From sequence record PP920550.1: a stretch of DNA of 44,061 bases. The stretch is one strand, 5' to 3'. Position numbers and translations under genes: made by a program. The notes under the pieces are model-generated. The model was not told the origin of the DNA and did not search any database. It saw nothing but the letters and a program-made list of their open reading frames with translations. Positions within the stretch are counted from its first letter, which is position 1. Every line of letters starts with the position of its first letter. Of the stretch, positions 26,637 through 35,550 are shown piece after piece. The stretch is from Escherichia phage Dru_SM5.

Positions 26637-26671
26637 TAATGTAATGCAACCAATCTAATTATGCAACCAAT

Positions 26672-26989
26672 TTACGCATAAAAGTTTGGGTCGCGTGCAA
26701 CGTCTACCAGGTAAAGGTTGCTTATGCGGTTGCCGTAGTGCCCTGGAGTGCGCTGGCGGCACACAACGGCGAAGCCTGGGGGGATTGTATTGCCCGTCTC
26801 AATAATCCACGCCACGCGTGCACCAGACAGCGTCTTGCCGTTGCATTCGATACGTGTTCCGCCGTCGGCAGTATTGATGTTGCCGATCTTGCAGCCGGTG
26901 GACTTCAGACGGATGACTCCGGTTTTGCTGTCGTAGGTGAATAGCTGGTTAGTCATTGCAACCGAAAAGTCGATGGCTTCGAATGTCAT
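26672..26989 (-). CDS. hypothetical protein (possibly degenerate HNH/NUMOD-like)
   Basis: 105 aa. The G-x-x-IECNGK...ARVAWIIETG pattern loosely recalls phage HNH_3-type proteins but lacks the catalytic His. Function uncertain. Confidence 0.4.
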   Translation of the reverse strand: MTFEAIDFSVAMTNQLFTYDSKTGVIRLKSTGCKIGNINTADGGTRIECNGKTLSGARVAWIIETGNTIPPGFAVVCRQRTPGHYGNRISNLYLVDVARDPNFYA

Positions 26990-26990
26990 T

Positions 26991-28619
26991 TTAAATTTTC
27001 CTCGTTTTCTTAGCTTTCATGTATTCCATCAAGTCGTCCTGAATATCTCGCTTACTGTCTCGACGCTCGGCGACCAGTTCGTCCAGTGTACCGCGCGCCT
27101 GGATAATGTAGACGAATACCGGACGGGGGTGTCCTGCTTGCATCTGGCGAACCGGCCCGATACGTTCAACGATCTGCGAAAAGTGCTCAAAGTTCCAGGT
27201 ATCGGAGAAGATTGCCAGGTGGTGACCGCCGTCCTGCAAGTTAAGGCCGTGGCCGGCCGATGCCGGGTGTGCAAACATGATGGGTATCTCGCCCCTGTTC
27301 CACGCTTCCATATCCTTATTCCCCTGCTTACCTTTGCCCAACGCAACGCCGTGCGGAAATTTCTTCTTGAGACGCGCCAGGTCATGCTTGTACTGGTACG
27401 CAACGAGCAACGGGGCGCCGTTCAACTCCTCTACGATACTTTCCAGCGCGTCCAGCTTGGCGTCGTGGATCTTCACCCACTCGTCGGTCCGTTCGCCGTC
27501 TTCGTCGACTTTATACACGGCCCCGGAAGCAAGCTGAAGGCACTTAATAGTCTTCGAAGCAGCGTTCGCCGCCTCCACAGTTCCGCTTTCCAGTTCGGCA
27601 AATAGCTCCGCTTCGAACTGGTCATAAATCTTGCGGGCTTTCTTCGGCAGGTCCACAACAACAGGCGTATAGATTGGCTTGTCGCATCCGAAGTATTCAG
27701 CCGCGTCAACGGTGAGGGATACATCAGACAGGCGTTGTTGTATTTCTTTCTCGGAGTTCTTTAGCGGAGCGTGCTGCATCGTGAAGCTGCCGGGGTTAAC
27801 CGGCTTGCTAATGAACCAGCGATCGGTGAATGCCTTATAGCTACTGCCGAGACGCTCGCCACCGTCGACAAACCACGTCTGACCCCATAAGTCTTTTAAG
27901 CCATTAGGCGCGGGTGTGCCGGTCAGGTTAATCCAGCGCTTGACGTGCTTATGTGCAACCGCTGCCAGTGCGCGGGCGCGCTTACTCCCCTGCTTACTTC
28001 GATAGCCTTTCAGCTTAGGCGCGGGTGTGCCGGTCAGGTTAATCCAGCGCTTGACGTGCTTATGTGCAACCGCTGCCAGTGCGCGGGCGCGCTTACTCCC
28101 CTGCTTACTTCGATAGCCTTTCAGCTTAGTGGATTCATCGGCAACAACGACCGTAAAGGGCCACGCATCGCCGTAATAGTCAACCAGCCACTCAACCACA
28201 TCATAGTTAACACAAACCACGTTAGCGTCGCTCTCCAACGCGGCTATGCGGTCTTTCTCCGGCCCAGTGCCGTCTACGACCAGGAGGGATGAGAACCGCC
28301 ATTTCTCCTGCTCCGGGGGCCATGTACCTGACGCAACACGCAGCGGGGCCAGCACCAGTACGCGGTCGTCATGATGGGATAGGACGCCAGTCTGGAACAT
28401 TTTATTCAGCGCCCACATTGTCGCGCCGGTTTTACCGGATCCCATTGTCGCCCAGATATTACATCGCTTATGCTTGAGGATGAACGCGGTTATCAACTTC
28501 TGATATTCGCGGCGTCGGAATCGTGCCATATCTTTATTCCGCCTTTTTCCAGACTTCGGTTTCACTGTTCCAGTTCCTTTTTGTGGCGTCGTAGTTGGTG
28601 GCGTGTCCGATGTGGACAC
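26991..28619 (-). CDS. SNF2/DEAD-like superfamily 2 helicase
   Basis: Motif I WATMGSGKT, motif II VADEST, motif III LTGTPAP (duplicated by a 111 bp tandem repeat), plus C-terminal helicase motifs. Alternative start at 28529. Confidence 0.75.
   Translation of the reverse strand: MSTSDTPPTTTPQKGTGTVKPKSGKRRNKDMARFRRREYQKLITAFILKHKRCNIWATMGSGKTGATMWALNKMFQTGVLSHHDDRVLVLAPLRVASGTWPPEQEKWRFSSLLVVDGTGPEKDRIAALESDANVVCVNYDVVEWLVDYYGDAWPFTVVVADESTKLKGYRSKQGSKRARALAAVAHKHVKRWINLTGTPAPKLKGYRSKQGSKRARALAAVAHKHVKRWINLTGTPAPNGLKDLWGQTWFVDGGERLGSSYKAFTDRWFISKPVNPGSFTMQHAPLKNSEKEIQQRLSDVSLTVDAAEYFGCDKPIYTPVVVDLPKKARKIYDQFEAELFAELESGTVEAANAASKTIKCLQLASGAVYKVDEDGERTDEWVKIHDAKLDALESIVEELNGAPLLVAYQYKHDLARLKKKFPHGVALGKGKQGNKDMEAWNRGEIPIMFAHPASAGHGLNLQDGGHHLAIFSDTWNFEHFSQIVERIGPVRQMQAGHPRPVFVYIIQARGTLDELVAERRDSKRDIQDDLMEYMKAKKTRKI
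27904..28129. repeat. perfect 111-bp tandem duplication inside helicase gene
   Basis: Two identical 111 bp units (period verified 27904 to 28015). Encodes KLKGYRSKQGSKRARALAAVAHKHVKRWINLTGTPAP twice, in frame. Confidence 0.85.
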
Positions 28620-28634
28620 CAGTAGCCGTATTAA

Positions 28635-28820
28635 TTATTTTTGTTCCGCACGGTAGCGGCGCTGCCGTTCTCGTTCTGCCTTGTTACGGCACGACTTACA
28701 CTGCGCGCGATACCCGTCCGGGCTACGTGCTGTTTTGCCAGTGTACTTATGAAATTGCGATAGCGGTTTAACACAGCCGCATTGGCTGCAACGTTTTTCT
28801 TCAATCATTTTAACCCTCAT
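28635..28820 (-). CDS. small zinc-ribbon protein
   Basis: 61 aa with CSQCGC...CKSCRNK (two CxxC pairs) and a basic C-terminus. Confidence 0.45.
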   Translation of the reverse strand: MRVKMIEEKRCSQCGCVKPLSQFHKYTGKTARSPDGYRAQCKSCRNKAERERQRRYRAEQK

Positions 28821-29748
28821 TAATAAATGCTTTTATAAATTCAGCCGCTACTTGTGGAACGATGGCATTGCCGTAACCGCGCAGTCGTCCCACTCTGGCG
28901 GGTATCCCATTAGCCAGCGGGAATGTGCCGGATTCAACTGGCCTGAACTTCCCATCGCGGCATCCAAGCCAGTCAGCATCTGACCAGAAGCCGTTATGCG
29001 GATCGGATGTGCTATCCTCAGACCTTGCTCCGTCGAATAATCCAGGCGGTCGAATGTTCTGTCTTTCCCGTCTTTCCTTATCACTGTCCCCCCGCTTCCC
29101 TTGAAATCGTTCGCCGTCGGTGCGGCCCAGCTTGTCAGCACCGCGACGTCCTGCAAATTTTGCTGCCGTCCTGCTTCCTTGCGTTTTATTACTTTCTCCC
29201 AATCCGTGTAACCGTTCACCGTCCCGTTTTGCGCGCAAGGACTCGGCCAGGTTGTAAGCCCCGAAGAAAAGTCTGTCCCGTTTGTGCGGTGCGCCGACGC
29301 TACAAGCTGGGAGTACGGCAAACCCGACGGCGTAGTCTTCTCTTTCCAGGTGAGCTTGTAAATCACACATCCACGATTTTGCAATTGCTGGCGCAACCTG
29401 CTCCCCAAAGATGATTGTAGGGCGGCACTCGCTGACGAGGCGGAGGAACGTCGGCGCAAGGTGTCTTGGGTCGAACTGTCCAAGCTGACGTCCTGCCGTG
29501 CTAAACGGCTGGCACGGCGGGCTTCCCGTCCAGAGGCGCGTGCTTTCCGAAACGCCCGCAAGTCGGAGCGCGAGAGGCCAGCCGCCAATACCAGCGAAAA
29601 AATGACACTGCGTGAATCCGTCGAGGTCTTCGGGTTGCACATCCTCAATACTCCTTTCATCTACTATGCCATACGGGATATGGCCTTGTTTTATTAGCTC
29701 ACGCAGCCATGCTGCCGCGTGTTTGTCCCATTCGTTGTAATAGTTCAT
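28810..29748 (-). CDS. DNA cytosine-5 methyltransferase
   Basis: Motif I FAGIGG, motif IV GSPPCQPFS (catalytic PC), an ENV-like FGEQV, and motif X GYGNAIVP. Holds a charged low-complexity insert (K/R/G/D-rich) in the variable region. Confidence 0.75.
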   Translation of the reverse strand: MNYYNEWDKHAAAWLRELIKQGHIPYGIVDERSIEDVQPEDLDGFTQCHFFAGIGGWPLALRLAGVSESTRLWTGSPPCQPFSTAGRQLGQFDPRHLAPTFLRLVSECRPTIIFGEQVAPAIAKSWMCDLQAHLEREDYAVGFAVLPACSVGAPHKRDRLFFGAYNLAESLRAKRDGERLHGLGESNKTQGSRTAAKFAGRRGADKLGRTDGERFQGKRGDSDKERRERQNIRPPGLFDGARSEDSTSDPHNGFWSDADWLGCRDGKFRPVESGTFPLANGIPARVGRLRGYGNAIVPQVAAEFIKAFINEG

Positions 29749-29785
29749 AGTTTGCCTCTTTTGTGGCTACCGGCACACTATACCG

Positions 29786-30064
29786 CTATGCGACCAATTC
29801 AGCAACCAATAAATCGCAGTCGGCTATGTTGTCAATAACGCGAACGTCAGCACCGCGGCGGACCATTCGATCGTGTTCTCGTACCTGGTGCGGCTTCGGT
29901 TTTCCACCGGGGCGCTTCACTTCGACGAATACAACTCTGCCGTTTATGATAATAATCAGGTCGGGCGCACCTGAGCGCCCCTCCCATGCCAGTTTTCGGC
30001 AGAATCCACCAACCTCTTTCACCCGTTTCATCAGGTGATTCTGCACCTTGCCTTCGGGAGTCAT
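29786..30064 (-). CDS. VRR-NUC domain nuclease
   Basis: 92 aa with PDLIIIINGRVVFVEVKRPGGKPKPHQ, a PD-(D/E)xK core typical of VRR-NUC. Confidence 0.65.
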   Translation of the reverse strand: MTPEGKVQNHLMKRVKEVGGFCRKLAWEGRSGAPDLIIIINGRVVFVEVKRPGGKPKPHQVREHDRMVRRGADVRVIDNIADCDLLVAELVA

Positions 30065-30068
30065 AATC

Positions 30069-32360
30069 TTACTTCCTGTACCGGTACATACAATCGCCTT
30101 CAGCAGAGAGTGGGAAGCCTTTCGCCCATATCGGCAGGTCGCACATCAGCGCGCAAAGCTCCTCGGTCGTGTAGTCGTCGGTGTCCGGCACTTCGGTGAC
30201 CAATTCATCGTGCACTGACAGGACGATTTCATACCCGGCAGCTTCAACGCCTGGCATGGACCACGCGAGGATATCGCGACACAGCGCCTGTACGATGTTT
30301 TCCGTCAGTTTGCCGCCGTAGGTGTACTGGAATCCCCACTGGCGCGTCGTCTGATTCTCGCCCTGGTATTTGATGCGTGTGCTGGTGCGCTTCTTGCCGG
30401 TGTCTTCGTCGATCTCGGTCGTGACAGACAGCGCGATACCGGGATAGCTCATGATGCGCCCCGACGGCAACTCAATTTTCAACCACCACCCCGCAGCGTT
30501 CGGGTCGTCGCGCTCCTCGTCGAAGGTTGGGTCGTGCTTCGCCTTCGTGCGCACAATCTTGAGCGCTTTTCTACCGTCTGGGCGAACGTTAGCGCCAGCC
30601 CAGTAGGCTTTGCCCGGATTGCGGATTGCACACAACACCGCGTCCTCAAGCTCGGCCCAAAATGCTACGGTCTTCGGGTGGGCCTCACGCCACATGCGTT
30701 TGATCGCGTCGCATGTCAGCCATACATTTTTAGGCAGTATGTAGGTTGGGCGCTCGTCTTTCTTGCCAGGCTTCGGCGGGCGCTTCGCTTCGTTAATGCG
30801 GGCGTATTCATAACCCCGTTTAGCCGCTGCCCAAATGTGATCCGGGAACGTGCCTTTCATGACGTCCGCCATAGTGTAAAGGTCGAGGCCCAGGTTTTTA
30901 GCGAACTGTAAGAACGCCGCCACGCCGCCACCATAGCCCAGTCCCAACTCACACGCCTTACCGATCTGGCGCAAGTCTTTGCGGTTGGCTTTGATGTAAT
31001 CCGGGTCAAGGCCGAACATCTTACCGGCAGTCTCGCAATAGATATCGCGCCCGGCCTTAAACACCATTAGCGCGGTTTTCTCGCCAGCGATCCAGGCAAG
31101 GCCGCGCCCTTCCACGTTGGAGAAGTCAGCTACGACAAACTTCTTGCCCTTTGCAGGGATAATGCAGCTGCGTACGGTAGATGCTGTCAGCTTCGATATG
31201 TCGTACGCCCAGTGTGCGGTCCCGCGTAACAGGGAATTGATGCCGTTGGTGAGCATGTGCGACCGGACCCAAAACGACACGTCGCTTTCACCATCACGGC
31301 GCTTGATCTTGCCTTCGTGGTCGTCGCTGTACTCGCCACGCGCCAGGTTTTGAGGCTGAAAACCTTTACCGGCCCAACGCAGTGTACGCTTTGCCCCACC
31401 ATACTGAATGCAACCACGGCGGCGTCCATCGGCAGACAGGCCGTTGACGAGCGGATTATACTTAGTAGATGCCGTTGATGACGCACCGAGACGCATCTCA
31501 ATCAGCGCTTTGCCCTCGTCGGGGAAGTCCGGGTCTTCAAGCAGGTCGTTAAGTGTGGATTTCTGCGCGTTGTGGATTGTGAACGCCGGGGCGATATCAC
31601 GCAGGATTGGCAGGAAGTCATTGCCTGTCAGTTTACCACCAAATCGCTCCCAGGCTTCCTCCTTCAATTCTTCCTTATGCGCCTGCACCGCTTTGATCGC
31701 GGCGTTCGCCAGATCAACGTCCACATAGAAGCCGCGGTCGTTGATCAACTGGTCGATAAGCAGGATTTCATCTTCCTTCGGGGTATTACCCCAGTCCGGT
31801 ATGCGCCAGTAGACCTCCCGCATCGCGATAATATCCAGCGCGGCATATCGCAGAAATTTGGCCCATTCTTCAGGGTGAGTCTCGCGAGTGTAGCGGCGGA
31901 TTTTGTAAGTCTTAGGGGTCGGCTTACAGAATCGTTTAATCAGCGCCTTGCCTGCCTTATCCTTCGCGTGCTCTGCGTCAACGCCCAGAACCTGACACTG
32001 CATATCGAGGCTACCCGGCAGCGCGTGGCGAAAGGCCATAATCATGGTGTCTTCGATCTGGCTTACCGGCAGGTCAATACCCCACTTCTCACGGATAACC
32101 AGGCGGTCAAACAGGAGGCCGTTAGCCATCACGATTTTTGCTTTCTTGCGGGATACATGGCGGAGCGCCTTGCGCAGTTCACGCGGCATTGTGGGGGATT
32201 CAGTGGCATCCCATGTCTGCACGCGGCCTTCGTCGATGGCGTAGGTGCAAATCATAATCTCGGTGGTTGGGTGCTCTGCGTAGGCGTACGCCCCTACTTT
32301 CTTCAGGTCAACCCCGCTGAATGTCTCGGTGTCGAGAAACAAGCGTTCGAAGTCTTTCAT
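30069..32360 (-). CDS. family A DNA polymerase with 3'-5' exonuclease domain
   Basis: Exo I-like LFLDTETFSG; Pol motif A-like VVADFSNVEGRGLAWIAGE; motif B-like QIGKACELGLGYGGG; motif C VLSVHDELV. 763 aa. Confidence 0.8.
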   Translation of the reverse strand: MKDFERLFLDTETFSGVDLKKVGAYAYAEHPTTEIMICTYAIDEGRVQTWDATESPTMPRELRKALRHVSRKKAKIVMANGLLFDRLVIREKWGIDLPVSQIEDTMIMAFRHALPGSLDMQCQVLGVDAEHAKDKAGKALIKRFCKPTPKTYKIRRYTRETHPEEWAKFLRYAALDIIAMREVYWRIPDWGNTPKEDEILLIDQLINDRGFYVDVDLANAAIKAVQAHKEELKEEAWERFGGKLTGNDFLPILRDIAPAFTIHNAQKSTLNDLLEDPDFPDEGKALIEMRLGASSTASTKYNPLVNGLSADGRRRGCIQYGGAKRTLRWAGKGFQPQNLARGEYSDDHEGKIKRRDGESDVSFWVRSHMLTNGINSLLRGTAHWAYDISKLTASTVRSCIIPAKGKKFVVADFSNVEGRGLAWIAGEKTALMVFKAGRDIYCETAGKMFGLDPDYIKANRKDLRQIGKACELGLGYGGGVAAFLQFAKNLGLDLYTMADVMKGTFPDHIWAAAKRGYEYARINEAKRPPKPGKKDERPTYILPKNVWLTCDAIKRMWREAHPKTVAFWAELEDAVLCAIRNPGKAYWAGANVRPDGRKALKIVRTKAKHDPTFDEERDDPNAAGWWLKIELPSGRIMSYPGIALSVTTEIDEDTGKKRTSTRIKYQGENQTTRQWGFQYTYGGKLTENIVQALCRDILAWSMPGVEAAGYEIVLSVHDELVTEVPDTDDYTTEELCALMCDLPIWAKGFPLSAEGDCMYRYRK

Positions 32361-32527
32361 TGCTTTATCCTCACTACGGCGTCAGCGCTGCCGATCATGG
32401 AGAAGATGCCGTCGGACAGGGCGATCTCTTCTCCATTGTTGCGAATCTCGGCAACTGTGAAATACTCGCCCAGCAATTTGGACCATACCTGCATTCCGAC
32501 TTTTACTTCGCTGGCTTTAATACGCAT
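32357..32527 (-). CDS. small hypothetical ORF translationally coupled to DNA polymerase
   Basis: 55 aa ORF (MRIKASEVKVGMQVWSKLLGEYF...) whose TGA stop overlaps the polymerase ATG (ATGA). Below the track size cut-off; weak RBS. Confidence 0.3.
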   Translation of the reverse strand: MRIKASEVKVGMQVWSKLLGEYFTVAEIRNNGEEIALSDGIFSMIGSADAVVRIKQ

Positions 32528-32541
32528 TTTTCATTGTCCTA

Positions 32542-32567
32542 TTAAAAAGCCCGCATTAAGCGGGCTT
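32542..32567 (-). terminator. minus-strand intrinsic terminator
   Basis: Minus strand: AGCCCGC-ttaat-GCGGGCT followed by TTTTT, after the SSB-like gene. Confidence 0.5.
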
Positions 32568-32585
32568 GAATAGTGGGCTTTGCCC

Positions 32586-33308
32586 TTAACGGCGGCGACG
32601 TTTACGTGGCGCTTCGTCTTCGTCGTCGTCCTCATCTTCGTCATCGCGTGGCTTACGACGTTTGCGAGGTTTTTCATCTTCCTCATCGTCATCACGACGT
32701 TTTGACTTTTTGGACTTACGCGGGCTTTCGTCTTCGTCGTCGTTGTCCAGGTCTTCATCGGAGCAAGACGACCCGCCACCTCCGAAGGCTTCGCCGTCTT
32801 CACGGAATCGCAGACCCAGCAATCCAGCCCCGAGACCCTTGCCGTTGGTATTGTTCCACGCCCAAATATCCAGGGACACATTGCAATAACAACCGGAGTA
32901 GATCTCCCGGCCTTCGATCTCGTCGCCTTCTACGGTCAGACCTTGTTCCGTCTGCTTCTCGCCGAGTGACGTTTGAATGATCGGCTGTTTGAACGATTTG
33001 GCGTTGATGTACAACATGCCTTCGAATTCTTCGGTTACTTCGTCGCGCTCGTCACCGTCGCGAACTGCGCATTCCTTAGAATCCTGGGCGTAGTGGCGGT
33101 CCATCCACTTATCGGCATTCTTCTCGGATTTCAGCTTATCGGTGAGCACTGCGCGCGCTGCCGCTTCCACTTTGTCCACCTGCGGATCTTCTTTATCCAG
33201 AAGAATCACGGCACGGTATGCCGGTTTTTGTCCATCCTGTTTAGGGGTATCACGTTCCCAAATTTTAAGGAAGCATACGCGCACATTTTTCAGGTTGACT
33301 TTAGCCAT
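32586..33308 (-). CDS. putative ssDNA-binding protein with mixed-charge C-terminal tail
   Basis: ATG at 33308 follows a GAGGAA RBS. Globular N-terminal roughly 170 aa, then a Gly-rich linker and a roughly 60 aa tail of alternating acidic and basic clusters ending RKRRRR. SSB call is tentative. Confidence 0.45.
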   Translation of the reverse strand: MAKVNLKNVRVCFLKIWERDTPKQDGQKPAYRAVILLDKEDPQVDKVEAAARAVLTDKLKSEKNADKWMDRHYAQDSKECAVRDGDERDEVTEEFEGMLYINAKSFKQPIIQTSLGEKQTEQGLTVEGDEIEGREIYSGCYCNVSLDIWAWNNTNGKGLGAGLLGLRFREDGEAFGGGGSSCSDEDLDNDDEDESPRKSKKSKRRDDDEEDEKPRKRRKPRDDEDEDDDEDEAPRKRRRR

Positions 33309-33405
33309 TTTCCAATTCCTCATTTTCACATGTATCGGGGTTATTGGAAGCCACCCCGTTCGGCTTGGTTGCTAATTTACTTGGTTGCGCCTAAGCGGTC
33401 AAGCT

Positions 33406-33639
33406 TTATTTATCAAAAAGTTTTAAAATCAGGTCGAGATATTTGTGCAGCCACACCAGCGGCGGGCGGTGCACGTTGTTTTCCATCCAGTTAAGGCAGG
33501 CTTCGTTATAGCCGTCGTCCCATACGCGGGATGGGTGGCGAATCATCCAGGCTAACGCCAGCAGACCGCCGCAGGTATGTACTACGAATCCCAGTGCCGC
33601 CAACGGCAGCACCAAAATCATCGCCATAATCTTATTCAT
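33406..33639 (-). CDS. small membrane protein
   Basis: 77 aa with an N-terminal TM helix (MAMILVLPLAALGFVV). Confidence 0.45.
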   Translation of the reverse strand: MNKIMAMILVLPLAALGFVVHTCGGLLALAWMIRHPSRVWDDGYNEACLNWMENNVHRPPLVWLHKYLDLILKLFDK

Positions 33640-35062
33640 TGCTTAAGTCCTCGTCAGTAGCTTCCGACCACGCAGGGCGCGGGTCGTCGATTGGTGCTAA
33701 CACCGGTTTGGCTGGTGCGCGCGTGATTTTATCACACAGCTTCGCCCACACTTTCGGTTTTTCGTCCTTCAGTACCTTCTCGGCATCCGTAGGGCTGAGC
33801 AATGTTTCTTTGTACATCACATCGCGCTTGATCCGGGCCTTCGTGAAGATTTCAATAACTTCGCTCTCGTCCGCCCACTTACGGATCCCTTCCTTACCGG
33901 CAACCATCTTGAGGCCCAGCGATTCGCCATCGCCCGCCATTACCGCTTTGAATACCGCGGACTCGATAGCTTTGATGTGCTGGCGCATTGCGTCCAGGCC
34001 TTCATAAGCCTTGCGCAGTTCCGCAGCGCTCATAGCGCCTGGGGCCGCTTCTTTCTTGCCACGCTTCGCACGTCGTGCCGCTTTGCGGGCTTCGCGGGCC
34101 ATATTGCGGTCGTGATTGGCGCATTCTTCCTCTGTCGCAATACTTACGTCGTCGCCCAGGTCTTCGTCTGTTGCCGTTGGTGGGGTCATCGTGTCGATTG
34201 CAGCCTTAGCGCGGGCGCTACACTGATCCGCAAATCTGCACCACTGACACGCATCAACGCTCGGTCGGAAGTCGGCACGGGTGAGTCCCTTTTTGCCGCG
34301 GGCGTACGCTTCCAGGGCGGCGATAGCACGCTTTGACGCAAACTTAGCGAATATCTCCAGGGCTTCTACCGAAATATCCCACTCCGACGCCCCGCCGCAA
34401 TACGGCTGGAAGATAACCAGGCGCACGGTCGTGATGTCGTACATGGATTGCAGCTTGCGCAGCAGGCCGAGCGCGTACAACATAAGCTGTTTGTTTTCTT
34501 TCGCCTCGACCTTATGCCGCCCGGTCTTCAGGTCGCCAACAATCAGCATGTACGTGCCGTCGGTCTTCTTCATGACCATGACCATATCCGCAGTGCCGAA
34601 CGTCTTAACCCGGTTGCCGTCGATCTCGAAGCCAGAGTGTAGGACGCGGGTGAGATCGGCGCGCATCTCAAGCTGAACAAACTCCGCCACTTCGAGGAGC
34701 GGTCGCCAGTGGTCGATGTACGCGTCGCACTGTTTCACCATGTCGTCGTTGACCAGTACGCCGCCTTTCGGTGCTTTCGGGTGGGCCTTTACAGGCCCCT
34801 TACCTTCGTTCTCGACGTAACACCCTTTGTACGTCTTAGCGGTTATCAGCTTCTCACCGGCGATAATACGGTTGAGCACGACTTCAGATACGGTGTGCAT
34901 ACTCGTACCGTTAATCGCCGCTTGCCCGGATTCGTTCGGGATACCCTGTTCTACCACCAGGGCGGCGGGGCAACCCATCCATTTTTTAGCACCGGATGGC
35001 CCGAGTAATGAATGTTCCGTATTACTACCGGATTGTGTTTTGCGCTTCGGTTTAATCGCCAT
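33632..35062 (-). CDS. PD-(D/E)xK nuclease with Fe-S Cys cluster (Cas4/RecB-like)
   Basis: 476 aa. N-terminal Cys (WMGCPA), PD-(D/E)xK-like core (GTADMVMV...IVGDLKTG...QLMLYALG), and C-terminal Cys triad CQWCRFADQC typical of 4Fe-4S Cas4-family nucleases. Long charged C-terminal extension. Confidence 0.55.
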   Translation of the reverse strand: MAIKPKRKTQSGSNTEHSLLGPSGAKKWMGCPAALVVEQGIPNESGQAAINGTSMHTVSEVVLNRIIAGEKLITAKTYKGCYVENEGKGPVKAHPKAPKGGVLVNDDMVKQCDAYIDHWRPLLEVAEFVQLEMRADLTRVLHSGFEIDGNRVKTFGTADMVMVMKKTDGTYMLIVGDLKTGRHKVEAKENKQLMLYALGLLRKLQSMYDITTVRLVIFQPYCGGASEWDISVEALEIFAKFASKRAIAALEAYARGKKGLTRADFRPSVDACQWCRFADQCSARAKAAIDTMTPPTATDEDLGDDVSIATEEECANHDRNMAREARKAARRAKRGKKEAAPGAMSAAELRKAYEGLDAMRQHIKAIESAVFKAVMAGDGESLGLKMVAGKEGIRKWADESEVIEIFTKARIKRDVMYKETLLSPTDAEKVLKDEKPKVWAKLCDKITRAPAKPVLAPIDDPRPAWSEATDEDLSNE

Positions 35063-35250
35063 TATTCCACCCTTGAAAATTGAGCAATGTAATAATCGTG
35101 TTCAACATTGGCCCGCTTCGCGGCATTGTTCATGGTAGCCGCCAGTCCTCGAGCTTGCATCCAGCAGCAATTCCAGTTTTGATCCATAACGATTTCTGGT
35201 TGCTCGTCGCCGGTAATACGGCAACGAAATAAAACAAAGAATATAGCCAT
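35062..35250 (-). CDS. hypothetical protein
   Basis: 62 aa ORF in a tightly packed operon; start/stop overlaps with neighbours. Confidence 0.35.
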   Translation of the reverse strand: MAIFFVLFRCRITGDEQPEIVMDQNWNCCWMQARGLAATMNNAAKRANVEHDYYIAQFSRVE

Positions 35251-35502
35251 TTATTTTGTCTCCCAGCGGTCAATTGTTTTTGCTTCGGATGCAACTGCGA
35301 AGCGAACATATTCCAGATTGGAATCAGCCCAAATATAAAAGTCTGGATTAATAAAGGTGGTGCGCTTAATTTGCGCGGGAGTATTGCGGCGTTTATCTAT
35401 TACGGCAACGCGTGACTGAAAGTTGCCGATGCGTTCGAATAGCCAATAATAAGGGCGTTGGTCGCGTGAATCCACCGCCTCGATTAGCGTGAAGCGTGCC
35501 AT
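35251..35502 (-). CDS. hypothetical protein
   Basis: 83 aa with RBS GAGGA, immediately after a terminator hairpin. Confidence 0.45.
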   Translation of the reverse strand: MARFTLIEAVDSRDQRPYYWLFERIGNFQSRVAVIDKRRNTPAQIKRTTFINPDFYIWADSNLEYVRFAVASEAKTIDRWETK

Positions 35503-35513
35503 TGTCTCGTCCT

Positions 35514-35543
35514 CTAAAAAGAGGCCCGCAGATTAGCGGGCCG
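35514..35543 (-). terminator. minus-strand intrinsic terminator / attenuator
   Basis: Minus strand: GGCCCGC-taatct-GCGGGCC followed by a T-run, then directly the RBS of the 35502 gene. Confidence 0.5.
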
Positions 35544-35550
35544 GAATACA

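Noticed and set aside
26672-26989. Confident call of an HNH homing endonuclease
   Set aside because: Only a loose resemblance to HNH_3-type proteins; the expected catalytic His and Asn residues are not clearly present. Kept as a hypothetical protein.
27945-28292. Plus-strand ORF 27945..28292 with an internally repeated peptide
   Set aside because: It is the antisense shadow of the helicase gene; the repeated peptide only reflects the 111 bp duplication on the coding strand.
31572-32573. Long antisense ORFs inside well-supported genes (for example 31572..32573, 19563..20375, 10178..10789, 14151..14777, 271..717, 6453..6923)
   Set aside because: They lie opposite genes with clear motifs (polymerase, J protein, major tail, tape measure, terminase). 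GC-rich DNA gives long stop-free antisense frames, and these have no RBS or operon context.
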